Below, one piece after another: positions 1 through 9,528 of a stretch of 64,000 nucleotides of DNA. The DNA lies in NCBI GenBank assembly GCA_965370965.1, contig CBDUWQ010000001.1:10388-74387 (forward strand), read 5' to 3'. Every line of letters starts with the position of its first letter. Position 1 is the first letter of the stretch. Position numbers and translations under genes: made by a program. The stretch comes from an uncultured Bacteroidales bacterium (GTDB taxonomy: Bacteria > Bacteroidota > Bacteroidia > Bacteroidales > SZUA-534). Under the pieces are notes generated by a model, which saw only the letters and a program-made list of their open reading frames with translations, ran no database searches and was not told the origin of the DNA.

Positions 1-782
1 ATTTGTTCGGCCGAGTGTGTATATCCATGTACAAAGTGGTTTTCAAATATTTCAAATGTATTTTCGGCATTGGGACTTACAGTTACTTTTAAAAAACCTT
101 CAGTTTCGCCTCTGCGTATTGCTAACATCCGGTGCGATGGGCATTTTTTTAAAGTCTCTGAATAGTCAAAATAATCGGAGTATTTATCGCCCTCTACCTC
201 TTTACCTTTTACAACCTTAGCATAAATAATTGCCTCATGTGTGAATAACCTCCTTGTTTTATTTCTTGCCACCGAGTTTTCACTAACCCATTCGGCAATA
301 ATATCGCGTGTTCCCTGTAAAGCCTTCTCAACACTATCAACATCGCTGTTTATATATTTTAAAGCCCATTGTTCAACATCACCCGATTGTTGGCGCATAA
401 CCTGTTTTGCCAATGGCTCTAAACCTTGTTCTTTGGCAATGGTAGCTTTTGTTCGCCGCTTGGGTTTATATGGTAAATAAATATCTTCAAGCTCTAAAGG
501 GTCAAAAGTGCGCTCAATTTTATCTCTCAATTCATCAGTAAGCTTACCTTGCTCTTCAATAGTTTCAAGCACGGTGGTTTTTCGTTTTTCAAGCTCAATA
601 AACTTTTTATTTAATAGTTCTATTTCATGTATAGCTACTTCATCAAGTCCTCCGGTGCGCTCTTTACGGTATCGGCTAATAAATGGCACTGTAGCTCCTT
701 CGGCAAACAAGGTAACTACTGCATTAACTTGACTATATTTTATATTGAGGTTTTTTGCTATCTGTTCGAGATATTTATTCAT
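1..782 (-). CDS. tex: Tex-like transcription accessory protein (S1 RNA-binding), N-terminal part; gene continues past the left edge
   Basis: Reverse-strand ATG at 782-780. The frame stays open to position 1 and reads MNKYLEQIAKNLNIKYSQVNA..EGATVPFISRYRKERTGGLDEV..LEDIYLPYKPKRRTKATIAKEQGLEPLA, the conserved Tex/YqgF N-terminus. It is absent from the ORF track because it is edge-truncated; the plus-strand ORFs 17-732 are its antisense shadows. Confidence 0.85.
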   Translation of the reverse strand, partial: MNKYLEQIAKNLNIKYSQVNAVVTLFAEGATVPFISRYRKERTGGLDEVAIHEIELLNKKFIELEKRKTTVLETIEEQGKLTDELRDKIERTFDPLELEDIYLPYKPKRRTKATIAKEQGLEPLAKQVMRQQSGDVEQWALKYINSDVDSVEKALQGTRDIIAEWVSENSVARNKTRRLFTHEAIIYAKVVKGKEVEGDKYSDYFDYSETLKKCPSHRMLAIRRGETEGFLKVTVSPNAENTFEIFENHFVHGYTHSAEQ

Positions 783-836
783 TTTTTAAAAATTTGTTGG
801 CGAATTGTATTTTTTTAATCAATAATTTACAAAATA

Positions 837-1295
837 TTAAATTAGCGAAACTATATTCTCTAACCCATTGGCATCAACTTCGTCAAAAGTGTCTAATTTA
901 TCGCTGTCAACATCAAGCACACCAATAATAATTCCGTTTTTATCTTTAACAGGAATAACAATTTCAGATTTTGTGCGAGAGTCGCAAGTAATATGACCGG
1001 GGAATTCCTCAACATTTTTAACAATAATGATTTTTTGTTGTTTAATTGCAGCCCAACAAACACCTGTGTTTTTTGCAAGTTCCATACATGCAACCGGTCC
1101 TTGGTAATTGCGCACTACCAACCTGTTATCATTAGCAAGCAAATAAAAGCCTGTCCAAAAAAAGCCATCCATTTTATGATGCAATACTGCAGCAATTGAG
1201 CACATGCGGGCTGAGCTATCATCAGATTTTTCCAACAATACCTTTAACTGGTTATAGATACGTTCATATCTGCCTTGTTTTTTATTACTATCCAT
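837..1295 (-). CDS. GAF domain protein, free methionine-(R)-sulfoxide reductase (YebR/MsrC-like) family
   Basis: 152-aa single-GAF protein with FFWTGFYLL..YQGPVACMEL..GVCWAA..FPGHITCDSRTKSEIVIPV..GVLDVDS, which matches the fRMsr pattern. Confidence 0.7.
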   Translation of the reverse strand: MDSNKKQGRYERIYNQLKVLLEKSDDSSARMCSIAAVLHHKMDGFFWTGFYLLANDNRLVVRNYQGPVACMELAKNTGVCWAAIKQQKIIIVKNVEEFPGHITCDSRTKSEIVIPVKDKNGIIIGVLDVDSDKLDTFDEVDANGLENIVSLI

Positions 1296-1446
1296 AATAT
1301 AAAATTAAGATAGCAAATAAATGAAAATTTGTTAGCTAATAAAGTGTATTGAGGTTTTTTTTTGAACAAAGCGTGTGTATCTAAATAGCTCCTGTCCATA
1401 AACTCTAAATACTGCTTGCACAAATTAATGATATTGGAGCATTGTA

Positions 1447-3774
1447 CTATAATTCAAAACCAATAATAGACATGTCATCGGTTTGATCGGTTTGGGCTTT
1501 CCAATCAACAAAAAAGCTTTCAAAGGCTGTAGCTTGCTCTTTTAAAGGTTTTAATTGATATTGAATTAGCAAGGTTTTAAAAATTTTACGTGATATTTTT
1601 GTATTATCAGTACCACCAAACTGATCGTAAAAACCATCGGTTGAAAGGTAAAACCTATCGCCTTTTTGTATTTCAATATTTTGCAAGCTAAACGGTTTTT
1701 CGTTGCGCGAAATTGAAACAGTCATTTTGTCGGCCTTAAGCTCAATAATTTTATTTTGCCTCACTATATAAAGGGGGTTATATGCTCCGGCAAATTCCAA
1801 ATTGGTTTTGTTTTTATTAAATATGCAAAATGAAATATCCAGCCCATCAACATTACCGCTATAATTTTTTTGGTGTAACGATACTTTTATTTTGTCCCGT
1901 AGCTCATCAAGTATTTTGTTGGCTGATAACTTTGGATTTTTATCAACAATTTCATTTAAAAAGGTAATTCCCAAAATACTCATAAATGCACCGGGTACTC
2001 CGTGTCCCATGCAATCGGCAAGGGCAATGTATATTTTTTTGTCAATTTGTTTAAACCAGTAAAAGTCGCCGCTAACAATACTATGGGGTTTTGTTACAAT
2101 AAAAAAATCTTTAAAACCGTTTTTCAGATTTTCTATTGGGTTTAACATGGCTTTTTGGGTTTTACCGGCATAAGTAATACTATCGGTAAAATCCTTATTT
2201 TTTTGCGCTATCTCGTTTCGGTTTTTTACTATTTCTTTATTTTGATTTTCAAGCAGTGATTTTGTTTTTCTGCTAAATACTAATGCATATAGAATAATAA
2301 TAATAAGTATTAAAAATAATATTGATATTATTACTATTCCGGCAATAATTAAGCGTTGCTTATCGACTTTTGCTTTTTGTATCTCATTTTTTTTACTTAA
2401 AAGGTCAATTTCAGCTTTATTTTCATGCAGTTCAAGTTTTGCTTGCAATTCATTTAACTGCTCTCTACTATCTTGAGTTAATAACGAATCTTTTATTGTT
2501 TGATGCTTGCGCATTACTTCTATAGTTTTCTTAAAGTTGCCCAACCTCTCCTCAACCTCTATCATTTTTTCGTAAATGCTCAATTGTTCATGAATAAAAT
2601 TTCCTTTAATAGCTAAATCCAAGGCTTTTTTGTATGCTATTTTAGCATCAGCAAGGCGATTTTTGGTGAGGTAAAGTCCTGCAATATTACTAATAGCATG
2701 GGTAACCCCCTCTTTGTTACCAACCTGTTTTTGGTACTCCAACGATTTTTTAAAATAGTGCATTGCTTTACTATAATTGCCAAACCCTTCGTATGCCAAA
2801 CCAATGTTTCCGGTTACAATAGCTTCGGCATATAAAAAATCAATATCTTCATAAATATTTAACGCTTTTATATAAAACAATAGTGCCTTATTAAAATTTT
2901 TGGTTTCGATGTAAACACTGCCAATATTATTGTAAATACCGGCTACGGATCTTATTTTGCCTTTAATTTCAAATATCTCCGATGCTTTAATAAAGTATTT
3001 TATGGCTTTTGGGTAATCATCGTTATAATAATAAATTGCACCTAAGCTTAAATACGAGTTTGCTATTCCCATGGTATCTTGTATCTCAATAAATATATCC
3101 ATGGCTTTTTGGTTATATTCAATTGCTACTGTATAATAACCCAATTTTCTTTTATTGTCCGAAATGCCATTATATGAATTTGCTATTGCGGCACTGTCCT
3201 TTAGCTCAAGGTTTATTATCAGTCGTTTTTCAATTACCTCAATAGCCTTTTTATATTCTGACTGTATATGATATATACCTACTAATTCGTTATATATTAA
3301 CAAAATGGTGTCGGTGTTTTCGGCTTCTTCGGCTAATGCCAATGCTTGTTTGTAATATTCTATTGGTTTTATTTTGTTATTTAAGCCGGAATAACAATTA
3401 CCCAGTTTTAGTGTGGCTCTTAACAAACTATTTTTGTTATTATTTTTAGTAAAATATTTTTTTGATAGTTTTAGATAATATACAGCACTATCAAAATTTT
3501 CAACATGGGCAAAAACCATTGCCATATTATAAAACGATTCTCCTTCAAGGTTGCTGTTTTTTTGTTTTGCCAACAGGTTTATGGCTTCGCTACCGAATTG
3601 GTATGCCAAAGCAAAACTATCTTGCAATGTTACCTCTGAAAGCTCAATAAGTATCTCAATTTGTTTATTGTGTTCTGTAGTTTGGTTATATAAATTGAGT
3701 AGGCTGTCAACTTCTTTTGCAGAAATAAAAGTAAATGTCAATATTATAAAAAAAAGATGTAATAGCTTTACCAT
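1447..3774 (-). CDS. TPR-repeat membrane protein with C-terminal PP2C/SpoIIE-type phosphatase domain
   Basis: N-terminal signal/TM MVKLLHLFFIILTFTFISA, about 10 TPR-like repeats, a central TM helix and a coiled coil. The C-terminus carries SGDFYWF..ALADCMGHGVPGAFMS..STDGFYDQFGG (SpoIIE). The track start at 3807 is TTG; I prefer the ATG at 3774. Confidence 0.8.
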   Translation of the reverse strand: MVKLLHLFFIILTFTFISAKEVDSLLNLYNQTTEHNKQIEILIELSEVTLQDSFALAYQFGSEAINLLAKQKNSNLEGESFYNMAMVFAHVENFDSAVYYLKLSKKYFTKNNNKNSLLRATLKLGNCYSGLNNKIKPIEYYKQALALAEEAENTDTILLIYNELVGIYHIQSEYKKAIEVIEKRLIINLELKDSAAIANSYNGISDNKRKLGYYTVAIEYNQKAMDIFIEIQDTMGIANSYLSLGAIYYYNDDYPKAIKYFIKASEIFEIKGKIRSVAGIYNNIGSVYIETKNFNKALLFYIKALNIYEDIDFLYAEAIVTGNIGLAYEGFGNYSKAMHYFKKSLEYQKQVGNKEGVTHAISNIAGLYLTKNRLADAKIAYKKALDLAIKGNFIHEQLSIYEKMIEVEERLGNFKKTIEVMRKHQTIKDSLLTQDSREQLNELQAKLELHENKAEIDLLSKKNEIQKAKVDKQRLIIAGIVIISILFLILIIIILYALVFSRKTKSLLENQNKEIVKNRNEIAQKNKDFTDSITYAGKTQKAMLNPIENLKNGFKDFFIVTKPHSIVSGDFYWFKQIDKKIYIALADCMGHGVPGAFMSILGITFLNEIVDKNPKLSANKILDELRDKIKVSLHQKNYSGNVDGLDISFCIFNKNKTNLEFAGAYNPLYIVRQNKIIELKADKMTVSISRNEKPFSLQNIEIQKGDRFYLSTDGFYDQFGGTDNTKISRKIFKTLLIQYQLKPLKEQATAFESFFVDWKAQTDQTDDMSIIGFEL

Positions 3775-3863
3775 TGCAATTTGTCTTTTGATAGGTTCAA
3801 TATACAAAAAAAATGCAAGAATTATTCAGATTACAATGGTTTGCTCATAAAAACCGAAAGTTA

Positions 3864-4445
3864 TTATTGAACAACCCCTAAGCTTGTCTGAAAACAGTCG
3901 CGGCATAAAGGCTCATAGGCGTCTAACTCGCCAAGTAATACTAATTTATCAGTTTTGGTTAACCTGTGTGAAAAATGAGCTAAGTCGCCACATTTAACAC
4001 ATATTGCATGTACTTTTGTAACGTATTCGGCTATAGCAAGTAGTTTTGGTATAGGACCAAACGGTTTACCCGAAAAATCCATATCAAGACCGGCAACTAT
4101 AACTCTAACACCTCTATTGGCAAGGGCATTGCATACTTCAACAAGGGCATCGTCAAAAAACTGGGCTTCATCAATACCCACAACCTCAACATCGTGGGCA
4201 AGCAAAAGAATATTGTGCGGACTGTCAACAGGTGTCGATAAAATAGCATTCTCATCATGCGAAATTACCTTCTCATCCGAATAGCGTACATCAACCTTAG
4301 GCTTGAATATCTCAATTTTTTGTTTGGCAATTTTGGCTCTTTTCATCCTGCGTATCAGCTCTTCGGTTTTACCGCTAAACATTGACCCGCAAACAACCTC
4401 AATCCAACCCTTTTTTGCTAATTTATTATTTTTTTCAAGAAACAT
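3864..4445 (-). CDS. tdk: thymidine kinase
   Basis: P-loop [21 protein letters not shown], and the C-terminal zinc-ribbon cysteines CVKCG..CRDC. Confidence 0.95.
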   Translation of the reverse strand: MFLEKNNKLAKKGWIEVVCGSMFSGKTEELIRRMKRAKIAKQKIEIFKPKVDVRYSDEKVISHDENAILSTPVDSPHNILLLAHDVEVVGIDEAQFFDDALVEVCNALANRGVRVIVAGLDMDFSGKPFGPIPKLLAIAEYVTKVHAICVKCGDLAHFSHRLTKTDKLVLLGELDAYEPLCRDCFQTSLGVVQ

Positions 4446-4479
4446 GTTTTTTAAGTATTTTTATATCGGTGTTAGTAGG

Positions 4480-4487
4480 CAAAATTA
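4480..4487 (-). promoter_or_regulatory. candidate Bacteroidota -7 promoter box (TAATTTTG) for tdk
   Basis: The minus strand reads TAATTTTG, matching TAnnTTTG, 34 nt upstream of the tdk ATG. Confidence 0.45.
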
Positions 4488-4578
4488 AACAAAATTTGTT
4501 TTCTTAAATATAATGAAAGTATTGTATTGACCGTTTTAATCACAATTGTTACTTTTACAAAGAAAATAATTCTGAACT

Positions 4579-5508
4579 ATGAATAAAAAGAATTTGGTAA
4601 AAATCATTAATAAAGAGATAGCTATTTTATCTGATTTTGTTGAGGGGTTTAATGATAGTAATGGTATAAATAGCATAGAGATTGATTTAGCGTTGTCAAA
4701 AGCCCGTGATATTTATGACGAACTGCTATTGCTTAAAAATGATAAAAAAACTATTAGCCCATTACTCGCTAAGCCTAATAAAGAATATGAAGATAAAGAG
4801 ATAGACAGAAGCAATATTCCAAAAAATATTGAAAGCCATAAGGCAGATGATTCAGATGACGAAACAGCATTGAAAAGCGAGATGGTTAATCATGAAAAGG
4901 AGGAACAAGCTACTGTTGTTGAAGAATTAAGCTCTGATGAAAAAATAGAGCCTGAATTAACGGATAATAATATTATAGAACATGCCGAGGAGAGTTTACC
5001 GGATAATGAACCTGAAATTGAGGATGTTGAACATGCTGATATACCGGATTTAAAAGAGGAATCCGAAAATATTGAAGTTAACACGCAGCCTGATAAAGAG
5101 GAAGCCAAAGAGGAATTGAATTTGCCTGAACAAAAACAACCTGAACAAAAAAATGAGGTTAAAAGCAAGGGTGTAATTGTAGCCGATAAGTTTTCAAATG
5201 GGGCACCATCGGTTAACGATATGCTTGCAAGTGTTAAAAAGAACAAAAATTTGGCATCGCTATTAGAGGATAGTCCAATAAAAGACTTAAATAAGGCAAT
5301 AAAGCTAAACGATAGGATTTGGTATATCAACGAGCTGTTTAATAAAAATGGGACTACATATGAAAAGGCTGTCGATATAGTTAATCAGTCGCCCGACCTT
5401 GACAAGGCACTTGAATATTTGTTTGAAAATTTTTCATGGGATCAGGATCAAAAAAGCACCATAAGTTTTTTAGAATTGGTATTTAGGCGATTTGCAAAAA
5501 TAAGTTAG
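4579..5508 (+). CDS. hypothetical protein with acidic low-complexity middle region and conserved-looking C-terminal domain
   Basis: 309-aa ORF wedged between tdk and rsmI. The central region is D/E/K-rich and the C-terminus (NDRIWYINELFNKNG..FLELVFRRF) is ordered. No family recognised. Confidence 0.6.
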   Translation: MNKKNLVKIINKEIAILSDFVEGFNDSNGINSIEIDLALSKARDIYDELLLLKNDKKTISPLLAKPNKEYEDKEIDRSNIPKNIESHKADDSDDETALKSEMVNHEKEEQATVVEELSSDEKIEPELTDNNIIEHAEESLPDNEPEIEDVEHADIPDLKEESENIEVNTQPDKEEAKEELNLPEQKQPEQKNEVKSKGVIVADKFSNGAPSVNDMLASVKKNKNLASLLEDSPIKDLNKAIKLNDRIWYINELFNKNGTTYEKAVDIVNQSPDLDKALEYLFENFSWDQDQKSTISFLELVFRRFAKIS

Positions 5509-5510
5509 TA

Positions 5511-6185
5511 ATGGCAAAACTTTATATTGTACCCACACCCATAGGCAACCTTGAGGATATTACCCTTAAGGCACTACGCATTTTAAAGGAAGTTGATTTT
5601 ATTTTAGCCGAAGATACCCGCACATCGGGGCATCTGTTAAAGCACTTTGATATTAAAAACCGGTTACAGGCCTATCATAAATTTAATGAGCATAAACAGA
5701 TTGGTAAACTGGTTAATACAATTAAAGCGGCTAAGTCGGTTGCGCTTATTAGCGATGCCGGCACACCCGGCATTTCCGACCCTGGTTATTTGTTAATTAA
5801 GCATTGCATTGATAACGGTGTTGAGATTGAGTGTTTGCCGGGTCCGGCAGCACTGATACCAGCCATTGTAAATTCAGGGTTACCAAATGACCGGTTTGTT
5901 TTTGAAGGATTTTTACCCCAAAAAAAAGGGAGGCAAAAACGAATTATTGCCCTAAAAAATGAGGTACGCACAATGGTTTTTTACGAATCGCCTCACCGGC
6001 TGTTAAAAACCCTGAGTCAATTGCTTGAGTTTTTTGACCAAGAGCGCAGGGTTTGTGTAAGCAGGGAATTGACAAAAATACACGAAGAGAATTTCAGGGG
6101 AACTTTTTCAGAGGCATTAACTCACTTTTCAAGTAAACCGGTTAAAGGCGAAATAGTTATTGTGGTTGAGGGTTTTAAAGGGTAG
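5511..6185 (+). CDS. rsmI: 16S rRNA (cytidine1402-2'-O)-methyltransferase
   Basis: LYIVPTPIGNLEDITLKALRILKEVDFILAEDTRTSGHLLKHF and SDAGTPGISDPG are RsmI/tetrapyrrole-methylase-fold signatures. Confidence 0.9.
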   Translation: MAKLYIVPTPIGNLEDITLKALRILKEVDFILAEDTRTSGHLLKHFDIKNRLQAYHKFNEHKQIGKLVNTIKAAKSVALISDAGTPGISDPGYLLIKHCIDNGVEIECLPGPAALIPAIVNSGLPNDRFVFEGFLPQKKGRQKRIIALKNEVRTMVFYESPHRLLKTLSQLLEFFDQERRVCVSRELTKIHEENFRGTFSEALTHFSSKPVKGEIVIVVEGFKG

Positions 6186-6530
6186 GTAAAATCAAAAACA
6201 ATACACCGTTAGTAAAATTTGAGAATATAGCCTGAATAATTCATAAACTTTTTGAAAAAGCAGTTAACATATTGATTATCACAACAAAAGGGTATTTTAG
6301 TAAAAAAATTAATTTTTGAAAAAGTTTCCAAGTGCATTTATTTTAATGCATCTGTTTCGTTACGAAACCCTTGAAATATAAAGATATATCGGCGGTTTCC
6401 GATGCCTTACAGCTACATCAAACTAAACGCATGAATTATTCAGGATAGGTATATAATTATTCATGCAAATTAATTAATAATAGCCAGTTTTAAAAATTAT
6501 CTGCAATTTGTTTGTTTGGTTAAATTCGTG

Positions 6531-6538
6531 TATGTTTG
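6531..6538 (+). promoter_or_regulatory. candidate -7 box TATGTTTG for the LytTR regulator gene
   Basis: Exact TAnnTTTG match 52 nt upstream of the ATG at 6591. Confidence 0.45.
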
Positions 6539-6590
6539 GTATGCAATATTCTATTATTGCAAAATGGGTGTTAATTAAGGTTATAAAATA

Positions 6591-7343
6591 ATGTTAAAAG
6601 CGGTTATTGTTGATGATGAGCTTGATGCCATTGAATCGGTTAAGCTTATTTTGCAAGAAAATTTTCCTTATATTTCTATTGCCGGTACGGCACAGTCGGT
6701 TAAACAGGCTTGTGAAGTTATTGATGAGGTAAAACCCGATATTGTATTTTTAGATATAGAAATGCCCGATGGCAATGGTTTTGATGTGTTGGAGCAAATA
6801 CCGGTACGTAACTTTAATGTTATTTTTATTACAGCTTATAACCAATATGCAATAAAAGCCTTTAAATACTCGGCCATCGACTATATTTTAAAACCAATTG
6901 ATATTGATGATTTTATAAATGCAATTGATAAAATTGAGAATGGGAATTCTGACAACCATGTAGTTGAAGACAAAATTGATGTTTTATTAGAAAATATTAA
7001 TGGTACAAAGCCTGATAAAATTGCCCTTTCAACATCAGAAAGCATAGAGTTTGTTAAAATATCTGATATTATTAAAATAGAGGCAGAGGGCAGCTATTCA
7101 ACCTTAAAATTTACTAATCAAACTCAACTATTAGTTTCAAAAAACATTGGTGAGTTTGAGAGCCTGCTTGAAGACCATACCTTTTACCGTCCACATCAAT
7201 CGCACCTGATAAACCTGATGCATGTAAAAAAAATTAACCGTAACGGTAACGAAATTGTTATGGATGATGGTTCAATAGCTTTTTTATCGCGCCGCAAAAA
7301 GAGTCAATTTTTGGAACTTATGTCATCAATGATGCAACACTAA
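6591..7343 (+). CDS. LytR/AlgR-family response regulator (REC + LytTR DNA-binding domain), orphan
   Basis: REC domain with DDE..PDIVFLDIEMPDGNGF and a C-terminal LytTR domain (FYRPHQSHLINL). No histidine kinase is adjacent. Confidence 0.9.
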   Translation: MLKAVIVDDELDAIESVKLILQENFPYISIAGTAQSVKQACEVIDEVKPDIVFLDIEMPDGNGFDVLEQIPVRNFNVIFITAYNQYAIKAFKYSAIDYILKPIDIDDFINAIDKIENGNSDNHVVEDKIDVLLENINGTKPDKIALSTSESIEFVKISDIIKIEAEGSYSTLKFTNQTQLLVSKNIGEFESLLEDHTFYRPHQSHLINLMHVKKINRNGNEIVMDDGSIAFLSRRKKSQFLELMSSMMQH

Positions 7344-7659
7344 GGGTTTACTCATAAATAAGTCCGAAAATTTAGCGAGATTAATTCATAAAACGTGCTA
7401 TTTGGCAGTAAACTATTAATTATTAGTGTGTTACAGATTAAGTAATATTTTTTCATTTTAGATATTTAGGTAATATATTAATTTTCAATGGTATCAGCTA
7501 CCTCAATTGAGCGATAGCGAAATCATAAATGCCTTTGAAATATATTATATGCATGCATAATAATTAACTTTCCGTAAATACGGAATAAACTTCCGCTAAG
7601 GCTGAACAGGTGCTGCATTATGCAGGTTAGGTTAGAGTTTACTTAAAGTTCATAATCGC

Positions 7660-9510
7660 TCAATTTTTGCTTAACTCAATTATCATTGCCGATTTAGCTG
7701 GTATAGTAATAGTTGAAAGGTTTTTAAGCTCTTTGTTTGTTATAATATCTTTACCACTTTTATAGTTTTTCATAATTTCGGTAAACCTATCTGTTTTTAG
7801 CTCTGCATCTTCTTTATTGTTATTATTTAAAATAATCATTACTGCATTATTGTCAGTATATCTAAAAAACACATAAATTCCGTTATGGGGTAAAAAGTGC
7901 AAAAGTTTTCCGGTATGTATTGTTTGGTTGCCTTTTCGCCAGTTCAATAAATCTGATAAATAATTATAGGCATCATCCTGCTCTTTAGTCCTTCCTTCTT
8001 GCAAAAAAGCATTTGTAGAATCGCCTTGCCAGCCACCGGGAAAATCTTTGCGTATAAAGCCATGTCCTTCATGCTCTTTGCCGTCCATTAATATTTCAGT
8101 ACCATAATAAATTTGTGGTATTCCGCGTGTGGTTAATAAATAGGACAAGCCCATTTTATATTTCTTAATATCTTTACCCATAGTTTCATAATAGCGGTTT
8201 AAATCGTGGTTATCGGCAAAAATTAAAAGGTTATTTGGGTCGGGATAAGCAAAATCTTGTGCTAAAACATAGTATAAACGAGCCATTCCTTCTGCCCATC
8301 CTTCGTTTTCATTAAAAGCATTACTTATTGCATTATACATTGAGAAGTCGGTAATGACAGGTATATTTGAGTTATATCCGTCATTATTAGTATTGCTTTT
8401 TTGAAAATATGCCGAAATGGGTATTTTTTGAAGCCATGCCTCGCCTACAATATTAAATGTTGGATATTGTTCCATTATGGTTTTACTCCATTTTGCCATA
8501 AAATCTTTATCCGGATATGGTTGTGTATCAACACGAATACCATCAATACCTGCGTACTCAATCCACCAAATACTATTTTGAATTAGGTAAGTTGCAAGCA
8601 TTGGGTTTTTTTGGTTTAAATCGGGCATATTTTCATCAAACCACCCTGTAAGCATTTTGTCTTTATCGTATTCCGATGCATATGGGTCGGTTACCGTTGA
8701 TGCCCTGAAATTTGAGCGGGTAAAATCATCATGTTGGTGAATCCAGTCATGCGATGGTAAATCTTTGTAAAACCAATGACCGCTTCCACAGTGGTTAAAT
8801 ATCATATCCATAATAATTTTTATCCCTTTTTTGTGAGCTTGGTCAACTAAATTTACAAATAGCTCGTTTGTTCCATGGCGCGGGTCGGTTTTGTAAAAAT
8901 CTGAAATAGCATAACCATGGTATGAAAAGGCCTCTTGATTGTTTTCTAAAAAAGGGTTCATCCATAAAGCTGTAAAACCTGTAGATGCAATATAGTCTAT
9001 GTGGTTTATTACACCTTGTAAATCGCCCCCATGCCTTCCGTTAGGGTTATTACGGTCGGCTTTTTCATGCATGCCTTCTATATTGTCGTTTTTAACATTG
9101 CCATTTGAAAAGCGGTCAGGCATTAACAGGTAAATAACATCTGATGCGTCAAATCCTTGATGTATGTTCTTTTTTGTATTGCGTGCTTTTAATTCATATC
9201 CGTGCTCGGCAACTGTTCTGCCTTCTTTTTTAAAAAATATTTGAAATTCCCCCGGCTTGGTTTCTTTATCAATATTTACATATATAAACAGGTAATTTGG
9301 GTTTTCAACTTTTTCTACCTTTTTAATTGCAACCCCTTTGTATTTTATTTCAGGAGTGGTAGTCGATATTTTATTACCATATACCAAAATTTGCAGTTCG
9401 CTGTTTTGCATCCCAACCCACCAGTTCATGGGCTCAACTTTATTAATACTAACCTTTGCCGATAGTGTAATTGCTATTGCAATAAAATAGATTGTTAAAA
9501 AAGCTTTCAT
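7660..9510 (-). CDS. GH13 cyclomaltodextrinase/neopullulanase (SusA-like), periplasmic
   Basis: Signal peptide and a cyclomaltodextrinase N-domain, followed by GH13 regions GGDLQG, FNHCG, GIDGIRVDT, VGEAW, ADNHD. The 616-aa length is close to my recollection of Bacteroides SusA. Confidence 0.85.
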   Translation of the reverse strand: MKAFLTIYFIAIAITLSAKVSINKVEPMNWWVGMQNSELQILVYGNKISTTTPEIKYKGVAIKKVEKVENPNYLFIYVNIDKETKPGEFQIFFKKEGRTVAEHGYELKARNTKKNIHQGFDASDVIYLLMPDRFSNGNVKNDNIEGMHEKADRNNPNGRHGGDLQGVINHIDYIASTGFTALWMNPFLENNQEAFSYHGYAISDFYKTDPRHGTNELFVNLVDQAHKKGIKIIMDMIFNHCGSGHWFYKDLPSHDWIHQHDDFTRSNFRASTVTDPYASEYDKDKMLTGWFDENMPDLNQKNPMLATYLIQNSIWWIEYAGIDGIRVDTQPYPDKDFMAKWSKTIMEQYPTFNIVGEAWLQKIPISAYFQKSNTNNDGYNSNIPVITDFSMYNAISNAFNENEGWAEGMARLYYVLAQDFAYPDPNNLLIFADNHDLNRYYETMGKDIKKYKMGLSYLLTTRGIPQIYYGTEILMDGKEHEGHGFIRKDFPGGWQGDSTNAFLQEGRTKEQDDAYNYLSDLLNWRKGNQTIHTGKLLHFLPHNGIYVFFRYTDNNAVMIILNNNNKEDAELKTDRFTEIMKNYKSGKDIITNKELKNLSTITIPAKSAMIIELSKN

Positions 9511-9528
9511 ATGTTTATAATTTTGGTT

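Noticed and set aside
17-818. Four plus-strand ORFs (17-220, 241-480, 508-732, 627-818) at the left edge
   Set aside because: They are antisense shadows of the well-conserved minus-strand tex gene (1-782). Their translations are low-complexity and match nothing I recognise.
4890-5330. 146-aa minus-strand ORF inside the acidic hypothetical gene. Similar antisense ORFs occur at 14032-14541, 28879-29559, 32601-33008 and 19138-19473.
   Set aside because: These are serine/leucine-rich mirror ORFs, typical of the antisense strand of real genes. None has a start context or recognisable domains.
6186-6590. Known structured RNA (riboswitch, SRP, 6S, tmRNA, RNase P, tRNA) in the long spacers 6186-6590, 7344-7659, 16106-16429, 18307-18730, 30410-30772 and 60651-60987
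   Set aside because: I could not recognise any conserved core sequence of these RNA families by eye, and the neighbouring genes do not suggest a known riboswitch class. This is not excluded; it needs an Rfam/Infernal scan.
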